A stretch of DNA of 32,000 bases. Source: Kineococcus radiotolerans SRS30216 = ATCC BAA-149 (GTDB lineage Bacteria > Actinomycetota > Actinomycetes > Actinomycetales > Kineococcaceae). Both the position numbers and the translations under genes were made by a program. The stretch is from assembly GCF_000017305.1 (NCBI RefSeq), contig NC_009664.2:3720001-3752000 (forward strand), given 5' to 3'. Under the pieces are notes generated by a model. That model saw nothing but the letters and a program-made list of their open reading frames with translations. It did not search any database and was not told where the DNA came from. Below are positions 7,173-17,260 of the stretch, piece by piece. Position 1 is the first letter of the stretch. Every line of letters begins with the position of its first letter.

Positions 7173-8938
7173 TGGCTGCTGAGAGCTTCAACCTGCCCGG
7201 GACGGCGGCGCGCGTCACCTCGCGCCAGCCGCTGGGCCACGTCGTCCCGCGCCGCAGCGGGGCGGTCATCGCCGGCTGGCTCTCCAGCACCGACCACAAG
7301 GTCATCGGCAACCTCTACTTCATCACCTCGTTCATCTGGTTCCTCATCGGCGGGGTCATGGCCCTGCTCATCCGCGCCGAGCTCTTCGAGCCCGGGATGC
7401 AGGTGTTCGGCACCAAGAACGAGTACAACCAGGCGTTCACCATGCACGGCACGGTGATGCTGCTGCTGTTCGCGACGCCGCTGTTCTCCGCCTTCGCCAA
7501 CGCGATCATGCCGCTGCAGATCGGGGCGCCGGACGTCGCCTTCCCGCGGCTGAACATGTTCGCGTTCTGGCTCTTCCTCTTCGGCGGCCTCATCGCCGCC
7601 TCGGGCTTCGTCACCCCGGGCGGGGCGGCCTCCTTCGGCTGGTTCGCCTACGCCCCGCTGTCGGACGTGGTCCACTCCCCGGGCCTGGGCGGCAACCTCT
7701 GGGTGATGGGTCTGGCCTTCTCCGGGTTCGGCACGATCCTCGGTGCGGTCAACTTCATCACCACGATCATCTGCATGCGCGCTCCGGGCATGACGATGTT
7801 CCGGATGCCGATCTTCACCTGGAACACGCTGATCACCAGCGTCCTGGTCTTGATGGCCTTCCCGGTGCTGGCCGCGGCGCTGCTCGCGCTGGGTGCGGAC
7901 CGCATCCTCAACGCCCACGTCTTCGAGGCCGCCAACGGCGGCCCGATCCTGTGGCAGCACCTCTTCTGGTTCTTCGGCCACCCCGAGGTCTACATCATCG
8001 CCCTGCCGTTCTTCGGCATCGTGACGGAGATCTTCCCGGTGTTCAGCCGCAAGCCCGTCTTCGGCTACAAGGGCCTGGTCTTCGCGACCATCTCCATCGC
8101 CGGGCTGTCGGTCACGGTGTGGGCGCACCACATGTACGTCACCGGCAAGGTGCTGCTGCCCTTCTTCGCCTTCATGACGATGCTCATCGCCGTCCCGACG
8201 GGCGTGAAGTTCTTCAACTGGATCGGCACCATGTGGCGCGGTTCGCTCACCTTCGACACCCCCATGCTGTGGGCGGTCGGCTTCCTGGTGACGTTCCTCT
8301 TCGGTGGTCTGACCGGCGTCATCCTGGCGTCGCCGCCGCTGGACTTCCACCTGTCGGACTCCTACTTCGTCGTGGCGCACTTCCACTACGTCGTCTTCGG
8401 CACCGTCGTGTTCGCCATGTTCGCCGGCTTCTACTTCTGGTGGCCGAAGCTGACGGGCAAGATGCTGCACGAGGGCTGGGGCAAGCTGCACTTCTGGCTG
8501 CTGTTCGTCGGGTTCCACACCACGTTCCTCATCCAGCACTGGCTCGGCGTGGCCGGCATGCCCCGCCGCTACGCGGACTACCTGCCGGGCGAGGGATTCA
8601 CGACGATGAACCAGATCTCGACCATCGGGTCGTTCGTCCTGGGCCTGTCCTTCCTGCCCTTCCTCTGGAACGTCTACCGCACCGCCCGCTTCGGCGAGCG
8701 CGTCACGGTGGACGACCCCTGGGGCTACGGCGCCTCCCTGGAGTGGGCGACTTCCTGCCCGCCGCCGCGGCACAACTTCACCTCGCTGCCGCGCATCCGC
8801 TCCGAGCGCCCCGCCTTCGACCTGCACCACCCCGAGATCGCGGCGCACGACAGCCACGACGGGAGCGGCAACCTGCTGGACGCGGTCTACGGCGGCTCCG
8901 ACCGCCGCGGCCGTGAAGACGTGACCGGAGGCCACTGA
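7172..8938 (+). CDS. ctaD: Cytochrome c oxidase (aa3) subunit I
   Basis: 588 aa with canonical heme-copper oxidase motifs ([41 protein letters not shown]). The ATG overlaps the ctaC stop (TGATG). Confidence 0.97.
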   Translation: MAAESFNLPGTAARVTSRQPLGHVVPRRSGAVIAGWLSSTDHKVIGNLYFITSFIWFLIGGVMALLIRAELFEPGMQVFGTKNEYNQAFTMHGTVMLLLFATPLFSAFANAIMPLQIGAPDVAFPRLNMFAFWLFLFGGLIAASGFVTPGGAASFGWFAYAPLSDVVHSPGLGGNLWVMGLAFSGFGTILGAVNFITTIICMRAPGMTMFRMPIFTWNTLITSVLVLMAFPVLAAALLALGADRILNAHVFEAANGGPILWQHLFWFFGHPEVYIIALPFFGIVTEIFPVFSRKPVFGYKGLVFATISIAGLSVTVWAHHMYVTGKVLLPFFAFMTMLIAVPTGVKFFNWIGTMWRGSLTFDTPMLWAVGFLVTFLFGGLTGVILASPPLDFHLSDSYFVVAHFHYVVFGTVVFAMFAGFYFWWPKLTGKMLHEGWGKLHFWLLFVGFHTTFLIQHWLGVAGMPRRYADYLPGEGFTTMNQISTIGSFVLGLSFLPFLWNVYRTARFGERVTVDDPWGYGASLEWATSCPPPRHNFTSLPRIRSERPAFDLHHPEIAAHDSHDGSGNLLDAVYGGSDRRGREDVTGGH

Positions 8939-8941
8939 CCC

Positions 8942-9343
8942 ATGAAGCCTGAAACCTGGCTCTTCTCCGGCGGGATCCTGTTCTTCCTCCCCGTCGCGTT
9001 CGTTTACGGGCTGCTGACGCAGTGGGACGAGTGGGTGGGGTTCATCGCCCTGCTGCTCACCGGTGGTCTCGCCCTCCTGGTGGGGACGTACCTGACGATC
9101 ACCGCCCGCCGCATCGACGAGCGTCCCGAGGACAACCCCCGCGCCGACATCAGCGAGGGGGCGGGGGAGCAGGGCTTCTTCTCCCCGCACTCGTGGTGGC
9201 CGCTGTACCTGGCCGCCGGTGGCGCCATCGCCTTCTTCGGCGTGGCGGTCGGCTGGTGGCTGTGGCTCATCGGGGTCGTCATCACCATCCCGATGATCGT
9301 CGGCTGGGTGTTCGAGTACTACAAGGGCGAGCACGCCCACTGA
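8942..9343 (+). CDS. ctaF: Cytochrome c oxidase subunit IV (actinobacterial CtaF)
   Basis: 133 aa, four TM helices, 3 nt after ctaD. ...ARRIDERPEDNPRADISEGAGEQGFFSPHSWWP... is typical of CtaF. Confidence 0.9.
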   Translation: MKPETWLFSGGILFFLPVAFVYGLLTQWDEWVGFIALLLTGGLALLVGTYLTITARRIDERPEDNPRADISEGAGEQGFFSPHSWWPLYLAAGGAIAFFGVAVGWWLWLIGVVITIPMIVGWVFEYYKGEHAH

Positions 9344-9357
9344 ACGTCCCGCAGGAC

Positions 9358-9394
9358 GGAGGGTCCCGCACCGGTTCGTGGTGCGGGGCCCTCC
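9358..9394 (+). terminator. Hairpin after ctaF (15-bp stem with one G-U, 7-nt loop)
   Basis: GGAGGGTCCCGCACC-ggttcgt-GGTGCGGGGCCCTCC, 14 nt downstream of the ctaF stop. Confidence 0.55.
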
Positions 9395-9569
9395 GCCGTT
9401 CCCGGCCCGGGGCGGGCGTGAGCCGCGGGGGCGGCGTCACCGGATCGTGATGGGCGGGCGTGCAACGGCGCGGGTCCGCGCGGCGTCCTGTGGGCGGGCC
9501 GTCCAGGTGCGAGGATCCTGGGCGGGGAAGCACGAGGGGGCTCGCAGAGCCCGGGGGAGAGAACCGTCC

Positions 9570-10790
9570 GTGGAGAACAGCACGCGTGTCCAGGTGCGTC
9601 GGCGCACGCTCGTCGCGACCGTCCTGGCGGGGGTCGCCCTGCCGTTCGGGCTCACCGCCTGCCAGTCCGACCGGGGCGCCTCCGGCACCTCGTCGAGCGA
9701 GGCACCCTCCACGCCGCCGGCCACGATCACCGTCAGTCCGGCCGGCACCACCGGTGAGGTGCGCCCGGACACCCCCATCACCGTCACCGCCGCCGGTGGC
9801 ACCCTCACCGACGTGGTGGTGACCGCCGGCGACGGCACCCCGCTGGCGGGGGCGCTGGACCCCGCGGGGACCACCTGGACGAGCACCGCCGCGCTGGCCC
9901 CGGCCACGACCTACGCCGTCCACGCCGCCGCGACGAACGCCGCCGGGACGGCGTCGAACCACGACGCCAGCCTCACGACCCTCACCCCGGCGGAGACGGC
10001 GTTCCCGGCCGTGGCTCCCTTGACGGGCTCGGAGGTCGGGGTGGGCATGCCCATCGTCGTCACCTTCGACTCGCCCATCGCCGACGACAAGCGCGCCGTG
10101 GTGGAGCAGCGGCTGGTCGTGACCGCCTCCCCGACCCCCGTCACCGGGTCGTGGAGCTGGCAGTCCGACAGCGTCGTGCAGTTCCGCCCCGAGCAATACT
10201 GGCCCGCCCACACCCAGGTCCACCTGGACGTCGACCTCGGCGCGGTCGAGGTGTCGCCCGGGGTGTGGGGGAAGACCCGCGACATCGACTTCACCGTGGG
10301 CTCGGCCACGATCAGCACCGTGGACATCGCCGCCCACACCCTCACCGTGACCCGCGACGGGCAGGTCCTGCGCACCATCCCGGTCACCACCGGCCAGTCC
10401 GGCTCCGGGGGGCGGTTCGTCACCCGCAGCGGGACGAAGGTGATCATGAGCCTGGAGGAGTCGCGGGAGATGAACTCCGAGACGACCGGCATCGGCCAGG
10501 ACGACCCCGACTACTACAACGTGGACGTGCAGTACGCGATGCGGCTGACGAACTCCGGGGAGTTCCTGCACGCCGCCCCCTGGTCGGTCTCCTCGCAGGG
10601 ACGGGCCAACGTCAGCCACGGCTGCACGGGCATGAGCACGGCCGACGCGCAGTGGATGTTCCAGAACTCGAAGGTGGGTGACGTGGTCACCTACACCGGC
10701 AGCGACCGGGTCATCGAGCCCGGCAACGGGTTCAACGTGTGGAACGAGACCTACGAGCAGTGGCGCCGGGGTTCCGCGCTGCCCGCCTGA
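9570..10790 (+). CDS. L,D-transpeptidase lipoprotein (YkuD catalytic domain with N-terminal Ig-like domains, LdtMt2-like)
   Basis: Catalytic motif LHAAPWSVSSQGRANVSHGCTGMS. Signal peptide with lipobox VRRRTLVATVLAGVALPFGLTAC. GTG 9570 is preceded by GGGGGAGAG. The track ORF start at 9378 adds an Arg-rich, non-coding-looking extension. Confidence 0.88.
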   Translation: MENSTRVQVRRRTLVATVLAGVALPFGLTACQSDRGASGTSSSEAPSTPPATITVSPAGTTGEVRPDTPITVTAAGGTLTDVVVTAGDGTPLAGALDPAGTTWTSTAALAPATTYAVHAAATNAAGTASNHDASLTTLTPAETAFPAVAPLTGSEVGVGMPIVVTFDSPIADDKRAVVEQRLVVTASPTPVTGSWSWQSDSVVQFRPEQYWPAHTQVHLDVDLGAVEVSPGVWGKTRDIDFTVGSATISTVDIAAHTLTVTRDGQVLRTIPVTTGQSGSGGRFVTRSGTKVIMSLEESREMNSETTGIGQDDPDYYNVDVQYAMRLTNSGEFLHAAPWSVSSQGRANVSHGCTGMSTADAQWMFQNSKVGDVVTYTGSDRVIEPGNGFNVWNETYEQWRRGSALPA

Positions 10791-10798
10791 GCCCGCCG

Positions 10799-11740
10799 GT
10801 GAGCCGGGGCGCCCGCGTCCGCCGGGTGTGGCGGGTCGTCCTGGTGGTGGCGACGGTGGTGGCGGTCGTGGTCCTGGTGCAGCGGCTGCGCGGCGCCGAC
10901 CTGGGGGAGCGCCTGCGCTCGGCCGACCCCGGCTGGCTGGTCGTGGCGGCCGCGGTCTCGCTCCTGCCGCTGTTCGGCAACGTGGCGTCGATGGTGGCGC
11001 TCAGCCCCGTCCGCATCCCGGTGGTGCGGACCAGCCTGGTCTGGCTCGCCACGTCGTTCGTCAACCTCGTCACACCCTCCAGCACCGGGGGGCTCGCGCT
11101 GACCGTGCGCTACCTGCAGCAGCAGGGACTGCCGCTGGCCGTCGCGGCCACCACCATCGGCATCGTGCAGTCCACGTCCTTCGCCGTCACCGCGGTCCTG
11201 CTCGTGGGCTGCCTCGTCCAGGCCGGGCGGGATCCCGAGGGAGGGGTCTTCCTGCCGTGGCCGGTGCTCGGCGTCGCGGTGGTGGTCGTGGTCCTCGTCT
11301 GCGTGCTGGCGCGGTGGTGGCCCCGGGCCCGGCGCTGGGCCACCCGGGCGGTCGTCGACCCCGTCCGCGCCGAGTGGCCCGCGCTGCGCCGGGTGCTCAC
11401 CCACCCGCGGCGCGTCGTCGTCGCCCTGGCGGGGCACCTCGCGGTGCCGCTGGGTTTCGCCACCACCCTGTGGTGCTGCGCCCGCACCGTCGGGGGAGAC
11501 CCCCCGCTGGGGTTGCTCGTCCTCGTCGTCGTGGGCAGCTCCGCGGTGACGGCGGCCGTCCCCGTCCCCGGGGGCATCGGTGCCTCCGAGGCGGCGCTGG
11601 CCGCCGGGCTGGTGGCCACCGGGATGGACACCGGCCCGGCCCTGTCCGCGGCGCTGCTGCACCGGGCCCTGACGTTCTGGGTGCGGGTCCCGTTCGCCTG
11701 GGGGGCCCTGCTGTGGCTGCGGCGGCGCCGGGCCGTGTGA
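10799..11740 (+). CDS. Flippase-like / lysylphosphatidylglycerol-synthase TM-region family membrane protein (UPF0104)
   Basis: Polytopic membrane protein with the ...PVPGGIGASEAALAAGL... motif characteristic of this family. GTG 10799 lies 8 nt after the Ldt stop. The track start 10739 would overlap ldt. Confidence 0.7.
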   Translation: MSRGARVRRVWRVVLVVATVVAVVVLVQRLRGADLGERLRSADPGWLVVAAAVSLLPLFGNVASMVALSPVRIPVVRTSLVWLATSFVNLVTPSSTGGLALTVRYLQQQGLPLAVAATTIGIVQSTSFAVTAVLLVGCLVQAGRDPEGGVFLPWPVLGVAVVVVVLVCVLARWWPRARRWATRAVVDPVRAEWPALRRVLTHPRRVVVALAGHLAVPLGFATTLWCCARTVGGDPPLGLLVLVVVGSSAVTAAVPVPGGIGASEAALAAGLVATGMDTGPALSAALLHRALTFWVRVPFAWGALLWLRRRRAV

Positions 11741-11766
11741 GACCCGGAGCCCACGCGGGACCGGGG

Positions 11767-12543
11767 TCAGCCGGTGAAGCTGGAGATGTCCCCGACGTAG
11801 CGGGTGCGGTCGGCGGGGACCGGTTCCACGGCGGCCAGGGCCACCTCGGCGGCGAAACCGGCCACGTCGTACAGCTTGCCGGCCGCTTCCTTGCGGGTCG
11901 CCAGCGCGCCCGGGTTGGAACGCTCGAGCAGGGTGGCGGTGATGGTGCCCTCGATCATGTCGCCGGACACGACGACGAACTCGACGCCCGCCGCGTCCAG
12001 CTCGGGGAGCAGCGCCCGCAGCGCGTCCTCGCCGGCCCGCTTGCTGCGCGCGACGGCCTCGTACTCCGGCATCGTCTCGACGGTCTCGATGAAGTGCGCC
12101 TGGTGGCTGGTGACGAAGACGACGCGGGACCCGGGCGCCATGAGGGGCAGCGCCGTCCGCAGGACGCGCACCTGGGCGTCGCGGTTGAGCTGCATGGCGT
12201 AGTCCGCGGCCATGCCCTGCTCCATGCCGCCGGAGGCGTTGAGCACCAGCAGGTCCAGGCCGCCGAGCTCGGCGCGGGCGCGCTCGAACATCGCCGCGAC
12301 GGAGGCGTCATCGGTGAGGTCCGCGCCGACGGCGATGGCGGTCGTGCCCGCCTCGGCGAGCTGGGCCACCAGCTTCTCGGCGCGAGCCGCCTTGTTGCGG
12401 TAGTTGACGACCACGGACGCACCCGCCTGCGCCAGGTACGTCACGGTCTGGGCCCCGATGCCGCGGGAGGAGCCGGTGACGAGGGCGCGGGTGCCGGAGA
12501 GGCTCCCCGGGGCGAGGGGACCGGGGGTGGGGGGAGGAGTCAC
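11767..12543 (-). CDS. SDR-family short-chain dehydrogenase/reductase
   Basis: 258 aa with the TGSSRGIG cofactor-binding motif, an NASGG motif and Rossmann-type alternation. Confidence 0.9.
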   Translation of the reverse strand: MTPPPTPGPLAPGSLSGTRALVTGSSRGIGAQTVTYLAQAGASVVVNYRNKAARAEKLVAQLAEAGTTAIAVGADLTDDASVAAMFERARAELGGLDLLVLNASGGMEQGMAADYAMQLNRDAQVRVLRTALPLMAPGSRVVFVTSHQAHFIETVETMPEYEAVARSKRAGEDALRALLPELDAAGVEFVVVSGDMIEGTITATLLERSNPGALATRKEAAGKLYDVAGFAAEVALAAVEPVPADRTRYVGDISSFTG

Positions 12544-12551
12544 GGGGGGAG

Positions 12552-12557
12552 AGCCTA
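12552..12557 (-). promoter_or_regulatory. Candidate -10 hexamer TAGGCT, 8 nt upstream of the SDR GTG (leaderless-type)
   Basis: The minus-sense sequence reads TAGGCT-ctcccccc-GTG. It lies just downstream (in the minus sense) of the qcrB hairpin. Confidence 0.35.
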
Positions 12558-12587
12558 ACGGTCGTCGTGGTGGGGGTGGACGTGCGA

Positions 12588-12619
12588 AGGGCCCCGAACC
12601 GTCACCGGCTCGGGGCCCT
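12588..12619 (-). terminator. Hairpin after qcrB (13-bp stem with one mismatch, 6-nt loop)
   Basis: AGGGCCCCGAACC-gtcacc-GGCTCGGGGCCCT, about 15 nt beyond the qcrB stop in the minus sense. Confidence 0.5.
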
Positions 12620-12633
12620 CCTGGTGGAACTGG

Positions 12634-14307
12634 TCAGCCGTGCAGCGTCTGCGACGTCCCGATCGCCGGGTTGTCGCCGCGCTCCAGCTCGTCGGCGTGA
12701 GCCGTCTCCAGCTCGCTGTGGTGGTCGTGGTGCGACGCAGCCAGCTCGGCCGGGGTGACCGGCTCGACGCGGTCCTCGAAGTAGAACTTCGAGAGACGAC
12801 GCTGGATCTTCCCGTACAGCGTGCTCGGGTTGCCGGCGTCGACGCGGTCCTCGATCTCCATCGGCCGGTGCGTGTCGTGCTGGACGAGGTTCCAGCGCTC
12901 CAGGTCGGTCAGCGGGGCGTGGACCTCGATGAACTCCCCGTGGGGGAGCCGGACGATGCGACCGGTCTCGCGGCCGTGCAGCGCCTTCTCGCGGTCCTTG
13001 CGCTGCAGGCCGAGGCAGATGCGCTTGGTGATGACGAACGCCAGGGCCGGGAGGACGAACACCCCGATCCGCAGGAAGCGGGTGATGTCGTTGATCGACA
13101 GCCCCATCATGTGGGCGATGATGTCGTTGCCGCCCGAGATCCACAGCAGGATGTAGAACGTCAGCGCCATGACGCCGAGACCCGTGCGGGTCGGCTGGTT
13201 GCGCGGGCGGTCCAGCAGGTGGTGCTCACGACGGTCGCCCGTCGCGGCCTGCTCGATCCAGGGGTAGACCGCGGCGATGCCGACGGCGAACAGGATCAGC
13301 ACCGTGGTGGGGATCAGGATGTTCAGCGACAGCGTGAAGCCGAGGAGGCTGAACTCGAACCAGCCCGGGGTGATGCGGACCGCGCCGTCCATCCAGCCCA
13401 TGTACCAGTCCGGCTGCGAACCGGCGGTCACGGGGGAGGGGTCGTACGCGCCGTAGGCCCAGATCGGGTTGATCGAGACCAGGGCGGCGATCAGGGCGAT
13501 GACGCCGAAGACGAGGAAGAAGAACCCGCCGGCCTTGGCCATGTACACCGGGAAGAGCGGGAAGCCGACGACGTTGTCCTCGGTCCGCCCGGGGCCGGGG
13601 TACTGGGTGTGCTTGTGCACGACCACGAACATGAGGTGCACGGCGATCAGGGCGAGCATGACCGCGGGCAGCAGCAGGATGTGGATCGTGTAGAAGCGCG
13701 GGATGAAGTCCACGCCCGGGAACTCGCCGCCGAAGAGGAAGAAGCTGATGTAGCTGCCCACCACCGGGACGGCCAGGATGATCGCCTGGGCGATGCGGAT
13801 GCCGGTGCCGGAGAGCAGGTCGTCGGGGAGGGAGTAGCCGGTGAAGCCCTCGAAGACGGCCAGGATGGCCAGCAGGACGCCGATCACCCAGTTGATCTCG
13901 CGCGGCTTGCGGAAGGCGCCGGTGAAGAACACCCGGGCCATGTGCACGATCGTCGCCGCGACGAAGACCAGGGCCGCCCAGTGGTGGACCTGCCGCATGA
14001 GCAGGCCGCCGCGGACGTCGAAGGACAGCCGCAGCGAGGACTCGTAGGCCTCGGACACGTGCTGGCCCGTGAGCGGGACGTAGATGCCCTCGTACGTCGT
14101 CTCGGCCGCGCTGGGCTCGTAGAAGAACGTGAGGAACGTGCCGGTGAAGAGCAGGATCACGAAGCTGTAGAGCGTGATCTCACCGAGCATGAACGACCAG
14201 TGGTCGGGGAAGATCTTGCGAGCGAAGCCGTTGACGACCTTGCTCGCGCCGGCGGTGTCGTCCGCGAAGTTCGCGACGCCACCGGCGGCCTTGTCGATGG
14301 TGCTCAT
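12634..14307 (-). CDS. qcrB: Cytochrome bc1 (bcc) complex cytochrome b subunit
   Basis: 557 aa from the ATG at 14307 (MSTIDKAAGGVANFADD...FPDHWSFMLGEITLYSF...RQVHHWAA...). Heme-ligand His pairs and the long actinobacterial C-terminal extension are present. The ATG overlaps the qcrA stop (ATGA). The 709-aa track ORF is a spurious 5' extension into qcrA. Confidence 0.95.
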   Translation of the reverse strand: MSTIDKAAGGVANFADDTAGASKVVNGFARKIFPDHWSFMLGEITLYSFVILLFTGTFLTFFYEPSAAETTYEGIYVPLTGQHVSEAYESSLRLSFDVRGGLLMRQVHHWAALVFVAATIVHMARVFFTGAFRKPREINWVIGVLLAILAVFEGFTGYSLPDDLLSGTGIRIAQAIILAVPVVGSYISFFLFGGEFPGVDFIPRFYTIHILLLPAVMLALIAVHLMFVVVHKHTQYPGPGRTEDNVVGFPLFPVYMAKAGGFFFLVFGVIALIAALVSINPIWAYGAYDPSPVTAGSQPDWYMGWMDGAVRITPGWFEFSLLGFTLSLNILIPTTVLILFAVGIAAVYPWIEQAATGDRREHHLLDRPRNQPTRTGLGVMALTFYILLWISGGNDIIAHMMGLSINDITRFLRIGVFVLPALAFVITKRICLGLQRKDREKALHGRETGRIVRLPHGEFIEVHAPLTDLERWNLVQHDTHRPMEIEDRVDAGNPSTLYGKIQRRLSKFYFEDRVEPVTPAELAASHHDHHSELETAHADELERGDNPAIGTSQTLHG

Positions 14308-15335
14308 CCGCGCTCCCAGAAGCTCGGGCCCACGGCCTCGTCGAAGCCGTCGGTCGCCACGAGGTACCCCTCGTCGTCCACTGCGATGGGCAGCTGGGGG
14401 AGGGCCCTCTTGGCGGGGCCGAAGATCACCTTGCAGTCCTGCGTGAGGTCGAACGTCGACTGGTGGCAGGGGCACAGCAGGTGGTGGGTCTGCTGTTCGT
14501 AGAGGGCCACGGGGCAGCCCATGTGGGTGCAGATCTTGGAGTAGGCGACGGTTCCGTCGACCCCCCACTCGGCGGACTTCTGCATCAGCTCGGACTCGTC
14601 GAGGCGCATCAGCAGCACGGCCGACTTGGCCTTCTCGTTGAGGACCGACTCCGCCTCCTCGATGCCCTCGGGCAGGACGTGGACCACGGAGCCGATGCTC
14701 ACGTCGGCCGCCCGGATGCGACCGCCCTCGGGGTCCTTGACCAGGTAGGTCCCGGCCTCCCACATGGTCGTGGAGAGGGAGTTGCCCGGCAGTGGCCCGG
14801 TGTCGCGGAAGAAGAACACCGCGGGGATCGGGAAGAGGGCCAGGGCACCGATGAGGGTGTTCCGGATGAGCGGCCGGCGGCCGAGGCCGGCCTCCGCGGC
14901 GCCCTCCTTGAGGATCGCCACGGCCTCCGCGCGCTCGGCGGTGGTGCCGCGCTGGCGGTGGCGGTAGTCGATGCGCTCGTCGTCCGGCATGAGCGTCTTG
15001 GCCCAGTGGACCGCGCCGACGCCCAGGGCGAAGAGGGAGACGAACATCGACAGGCCGATGGCCTTGGTCGAGAGGCTGATCCGCTCGAAGCTGTCGTCGT
15101 ACTTGATGCCGACGAGCGAGACGATGATCCCGATCGAGCCGATGATCGAGAGCAGCAGGAAGAAGGCGACCTGGCGCTCCGCGCGCCGGGCGGCGGCGGG
15201 GTCGGTGTCGCCCATGCGGTGCCGGTGCTCCGGCAGGCCGGGGTTCTCGAAGCGGTCGGGAACGCCGCCCCCGGGCTTGGCGAGGGTCGTCCCCGCCTGC
15301 CCGTGCGCCTCGTCGGCGCGTTCGATGTCGCTCAT
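14304..15335 (-). CDS. qcrA: Cytochrome bc1 (bcc) complex Rieske iron-sulfur subunit
   Basis: 343 aa with three N-terminal TM helices and the Rieske 2Fe-2S motifs CTHMGC and CPCHQS. Confidence 0.95.
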   Translation of the reverse strand: MSDIERADEAHGQAGTTLAKPGGGVPDRFENPGLPEHRHRMGDTDPAAARRAERQVAFFLLLSIIGSIGIIVSLVGIKYDDSFERISLSTKAIGLSMFVSLFALGVGAVHWAKTLMPDDERIDYRHRQRGTTAERAEAVAILKEGAAEAGLGRRPLIRNTLIGALALFPIPAVFFFRDTGPLPGNSLSTTMWEAGTYLVKDPEGGRIRAADVSIGSVVHVLPEGIEEAESVLNEKAKSAVLLMRLDESELMQKSAEWGVDGTVAYSKICTHMGCPVALYEQQTHHLLCPCHQSTFDLTQDCKVIFGPAKRALPQLPIAVDDEGYLVATDGFDEAVGPSFWERG

Positions 15336-15390
15336 GCTCCCTGCCCGTCCGAATCCTTCACGTTGGTGGTCGTGGTGCGCGGGGTGGTCA

Positions 15391-16224
15391 TCAGGAGGAC
15401 TTCATCCCCAGCCACACCGACACGCCGATCAGCAGGCCGATGCCGCCGATCCAGGCCAGCAGACCCTCGGAGACCGGCCCGAGGGAGCCCAGGCTGAGCC
15501 CGCCCGGGTCCGGCCGCACGTCCTCCTGGGTCAGCCAGGCGATGATCGCCGTCTTGTCCTCGGGGCTGATCGTGTTGTTGTTGAAGACCGGCATCGACTG
15601 CGGGCCGGTGACCATGGCCTCGTAGACGTGCTTGCCGGAGACGCCGGTGAGGTCGGGGGCGTACTTGCCCGCCGTCAGCGCGCCGCCCTTGCCGGCGAAG
15701 TTGTGGCACATCGCGCAGTTCGTGCGGAAGATGGACGCGCCGCGGGCGATGTCCTCCTCGCTCACGCTGGCGACGTCGAGCTCCTCCGCGGTGGGGACGG
15801 CCGGCCCCGGCGCCAGGGAGGCGATGTAGGCGGCCATCTGGTCGATCTGCTCCTGCGAGAAGCGGATCTTGCTGACCTCGGGGGCCTGCGCGGCCGACTG
15901 GGCCAGCGGCATCCGCCCGGTGCCGACCTGGAAGTCGACCGAGGCGGCGCCCACGCCGATGAGCGAGGGGCCGGCGCCGCTGCCGTCGGGCAGCACCGCC
16001 CCGCCCTGGGCGTCCAGGCCGTGGCAGGTGGCGCAGTTGGCCAGGAAGAGCTTCTTGCCCGCCTCGATGTCGTCGGCGGAGGCCGCCGCGGTGCTGGCCT
16101 GCGCGTCGCGCGGGGCCAGGGCCGCGTACAGCCCGCCGACGAGGAGGAGCGCCAGCGCGATCAGCACGACGACGGCCAACGGGTGGCGCCGTCGGGCGCT
16201 GAGGGCGGTGAGGGTCCTGGTCAC
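15391..16224 (-). CDS. qcrC: Cytochrome bc1 (bcc) complex diheme cytochrome c subunit
   Basis: 277 aa with two heme c motifs (CATCHG, CAMCHN), an N-terminal signal/anchor and a C-terminal TM helix. Confidence 0.93.
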   Translation of the reverse strand: MTRTLTALSARRRHPLAVVVLIALALLLVGGLYAALAPRDAQASTAAASADDIEAGKKLFLANCATCHGLDAQGGAVLPDGSGAGPSLIGVGAASVDFQVGTGRMPLAQSAAQAPEVSKIRFSQEQIDQMAAYIASLAPGPAVPTAEELDVASVSEEDIARGASIFRTNCAMCHNFAGKGGALTAGKYAPDLTGVSGKHVYEAMVTGPQSMPVFNNNTISPEDKTAIIAWLTQEDVRPDPGGLSLGSLGPVSEGLLAWIGGIGLLIGVSVWLGMKSS

Positions 16225-16280
16225 GGTGCTGGTGCTCGCTTCCTACGGGGCGTTCGGGAACTGCGCTGGCGGTCGGGTCG

Positions 16281-16940
16281 TTACTTGAGGATGTAGATCA
16301 CGGTGAACAGACCGATCCACACCACGTCGACGAAGTGCCAGTAGTACGAGACGACGATGGCGCTGGTCGCCTCCTGGTGCCCGAAGCGCTTCGAGGCGTA
16401 GGAACGCCCGATGACCAGGAGGAAGGCCACGAGACCGCCGAAGACGTGGATGCCGTGGAAGCCGGTGGCCAGGATGAAGACCGAGCCGTAGGCGTTCGTG
16501 GCGATCGTCAGGCCCTCGTGCGCGAGCTCCGCGTACTCGAAGACCTGACCGGCGACGAAGAGCGCGCCGAAGATGTACGTGAGGATGAACCACTCCTCCA
16601 TGCCCCACTTGCCGACCTCGTGCAGCTTGCCGAGGCGGCGCGGCTGGAAGCGCTCCGCGGCGAAGACGCCGAACTGGCACCAGAACGACGAGATCACGAG
16701 GATCGTCGTGTTGATGCTCGAGAACGGCACGTTCAGCAGCGCGGGGCCCGACTCCCACAGGGCGGGGGCCACGGAGCGGATCGTGAAGTACATGGCGAAG
16801 AGCCCAGCGAAGAACATGAGCTCGCTCGACAGCCACACGATCACGCCGACCGACACCATGTTGGGCCGGTTCACGGACCCGTGCGCCGGACTCGGGGTAC
16901 TGCTCTGGACAGCCTGTGCACTCGCCACGTCGCCAATCAT
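16281..16940 (-). CDS. ctaE: Cytochrome c oxidase (aa3) subunit III
   Basis: 219 aa with five TM helices: ...[21 protein letters not shown]...[10 protein letters not shown]...[17 protein letters not shown]. An alternative in-frame GTG lies at 16928. Confidence 0.93.
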   Translation of the reverse strand: MIGDVASAQAVQSSTPSPAHGSVNRPNMVSVGVIVWLSSELMFFAGLFAMYFTIRSVAPALWESGPALLNVPFSSINTTILVISSFWCQFGVFAAERFQPRRLGKLHEVGKWGMEEWFILTYIFGALFVAGQVFEYAELAHEGLTIATNAYGSVFILATGFHGIHVFGGLVAFLLVIGRSYASKRFGHQEATSAIVVSYYWHFVDVVWIGLFTVIYILK

Positions 16941-17260
16941 GCCCCACCCCCCCGGGGGTTCGCTGCCCGGGCCACCGACAACGTGTCGTAGATCTCGGCT
17001 GGGCCGGTCGGGGGAGGTTCGTGACGGGGTGCGTGGAGGAGGTGCGCAGGGTGCCCACCCCCTCTGAGCAGGCGCTCCGGCCCGGCGCGGGGCCCCGGGA
17101 GGTCCTCCCGCCCCCGTCAGGTCACGGATCGGTCTCGATCCGGCGCGCCCGTGTCCGGCCCGGCGCGGTGGACCCGCGGGCGCCCGCGATCAGTAGGGTT
17201 CGGGGCGCCGCGCGCTCGACCGCGCGGTGCCGACCCCGCCGAGCAGGGAGCCAGGACCTC

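Noticed and set aside
6821-9340. 839-aa ORF on the minus strand antisense to ctaD/ctaF
   Set aside because: Its composition is dominated by Arg/Gly/Asp/Glu/Pro/His with no recognisable motifs. It lies entirely opposite unmistakable ctaD and ctaF coding sequence, so it is a typical high-GC shadow ORF.
9378-9569. Upstream extension of the L,D-transpeptidase ORF (track start 9378)
   Set aside because: The extension is Arg/Gly-rich, lacks signal-peptide logic and overlaps the ctaF terminator hairpin region. GTG 9570 has a GGGGGAGAG site and directly yields a lipoprotein signal peptide.
14308-14763. 5' extension of qcrB (709-aa track ORF) into qcrA
   Set aside because: The extension overlaps the Rieske-domain coding region of qcrA in another frame and is Arg/Gly/Pro-rich. 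The ATG at 14307 gives the conserved MSTIDKAAGG... N-terminus with ATGA coupling to qcrA.
16941-17260. Possible trp attenuator, leader peptide or small RNA in the 320-bp ctaE/trpD divergent region
   Set aside because: I found no short ORF with tandem Trp codons and no convincing alternative terminator/antiterminator pairings. Only short palindromes are present (GGGAGGtCCTCCC, GGATCGgtctCGATCC), plus a possible -10 hexamer TAGGGT at 17194-17199. This is insufficient evidence for a regulatory RNA.
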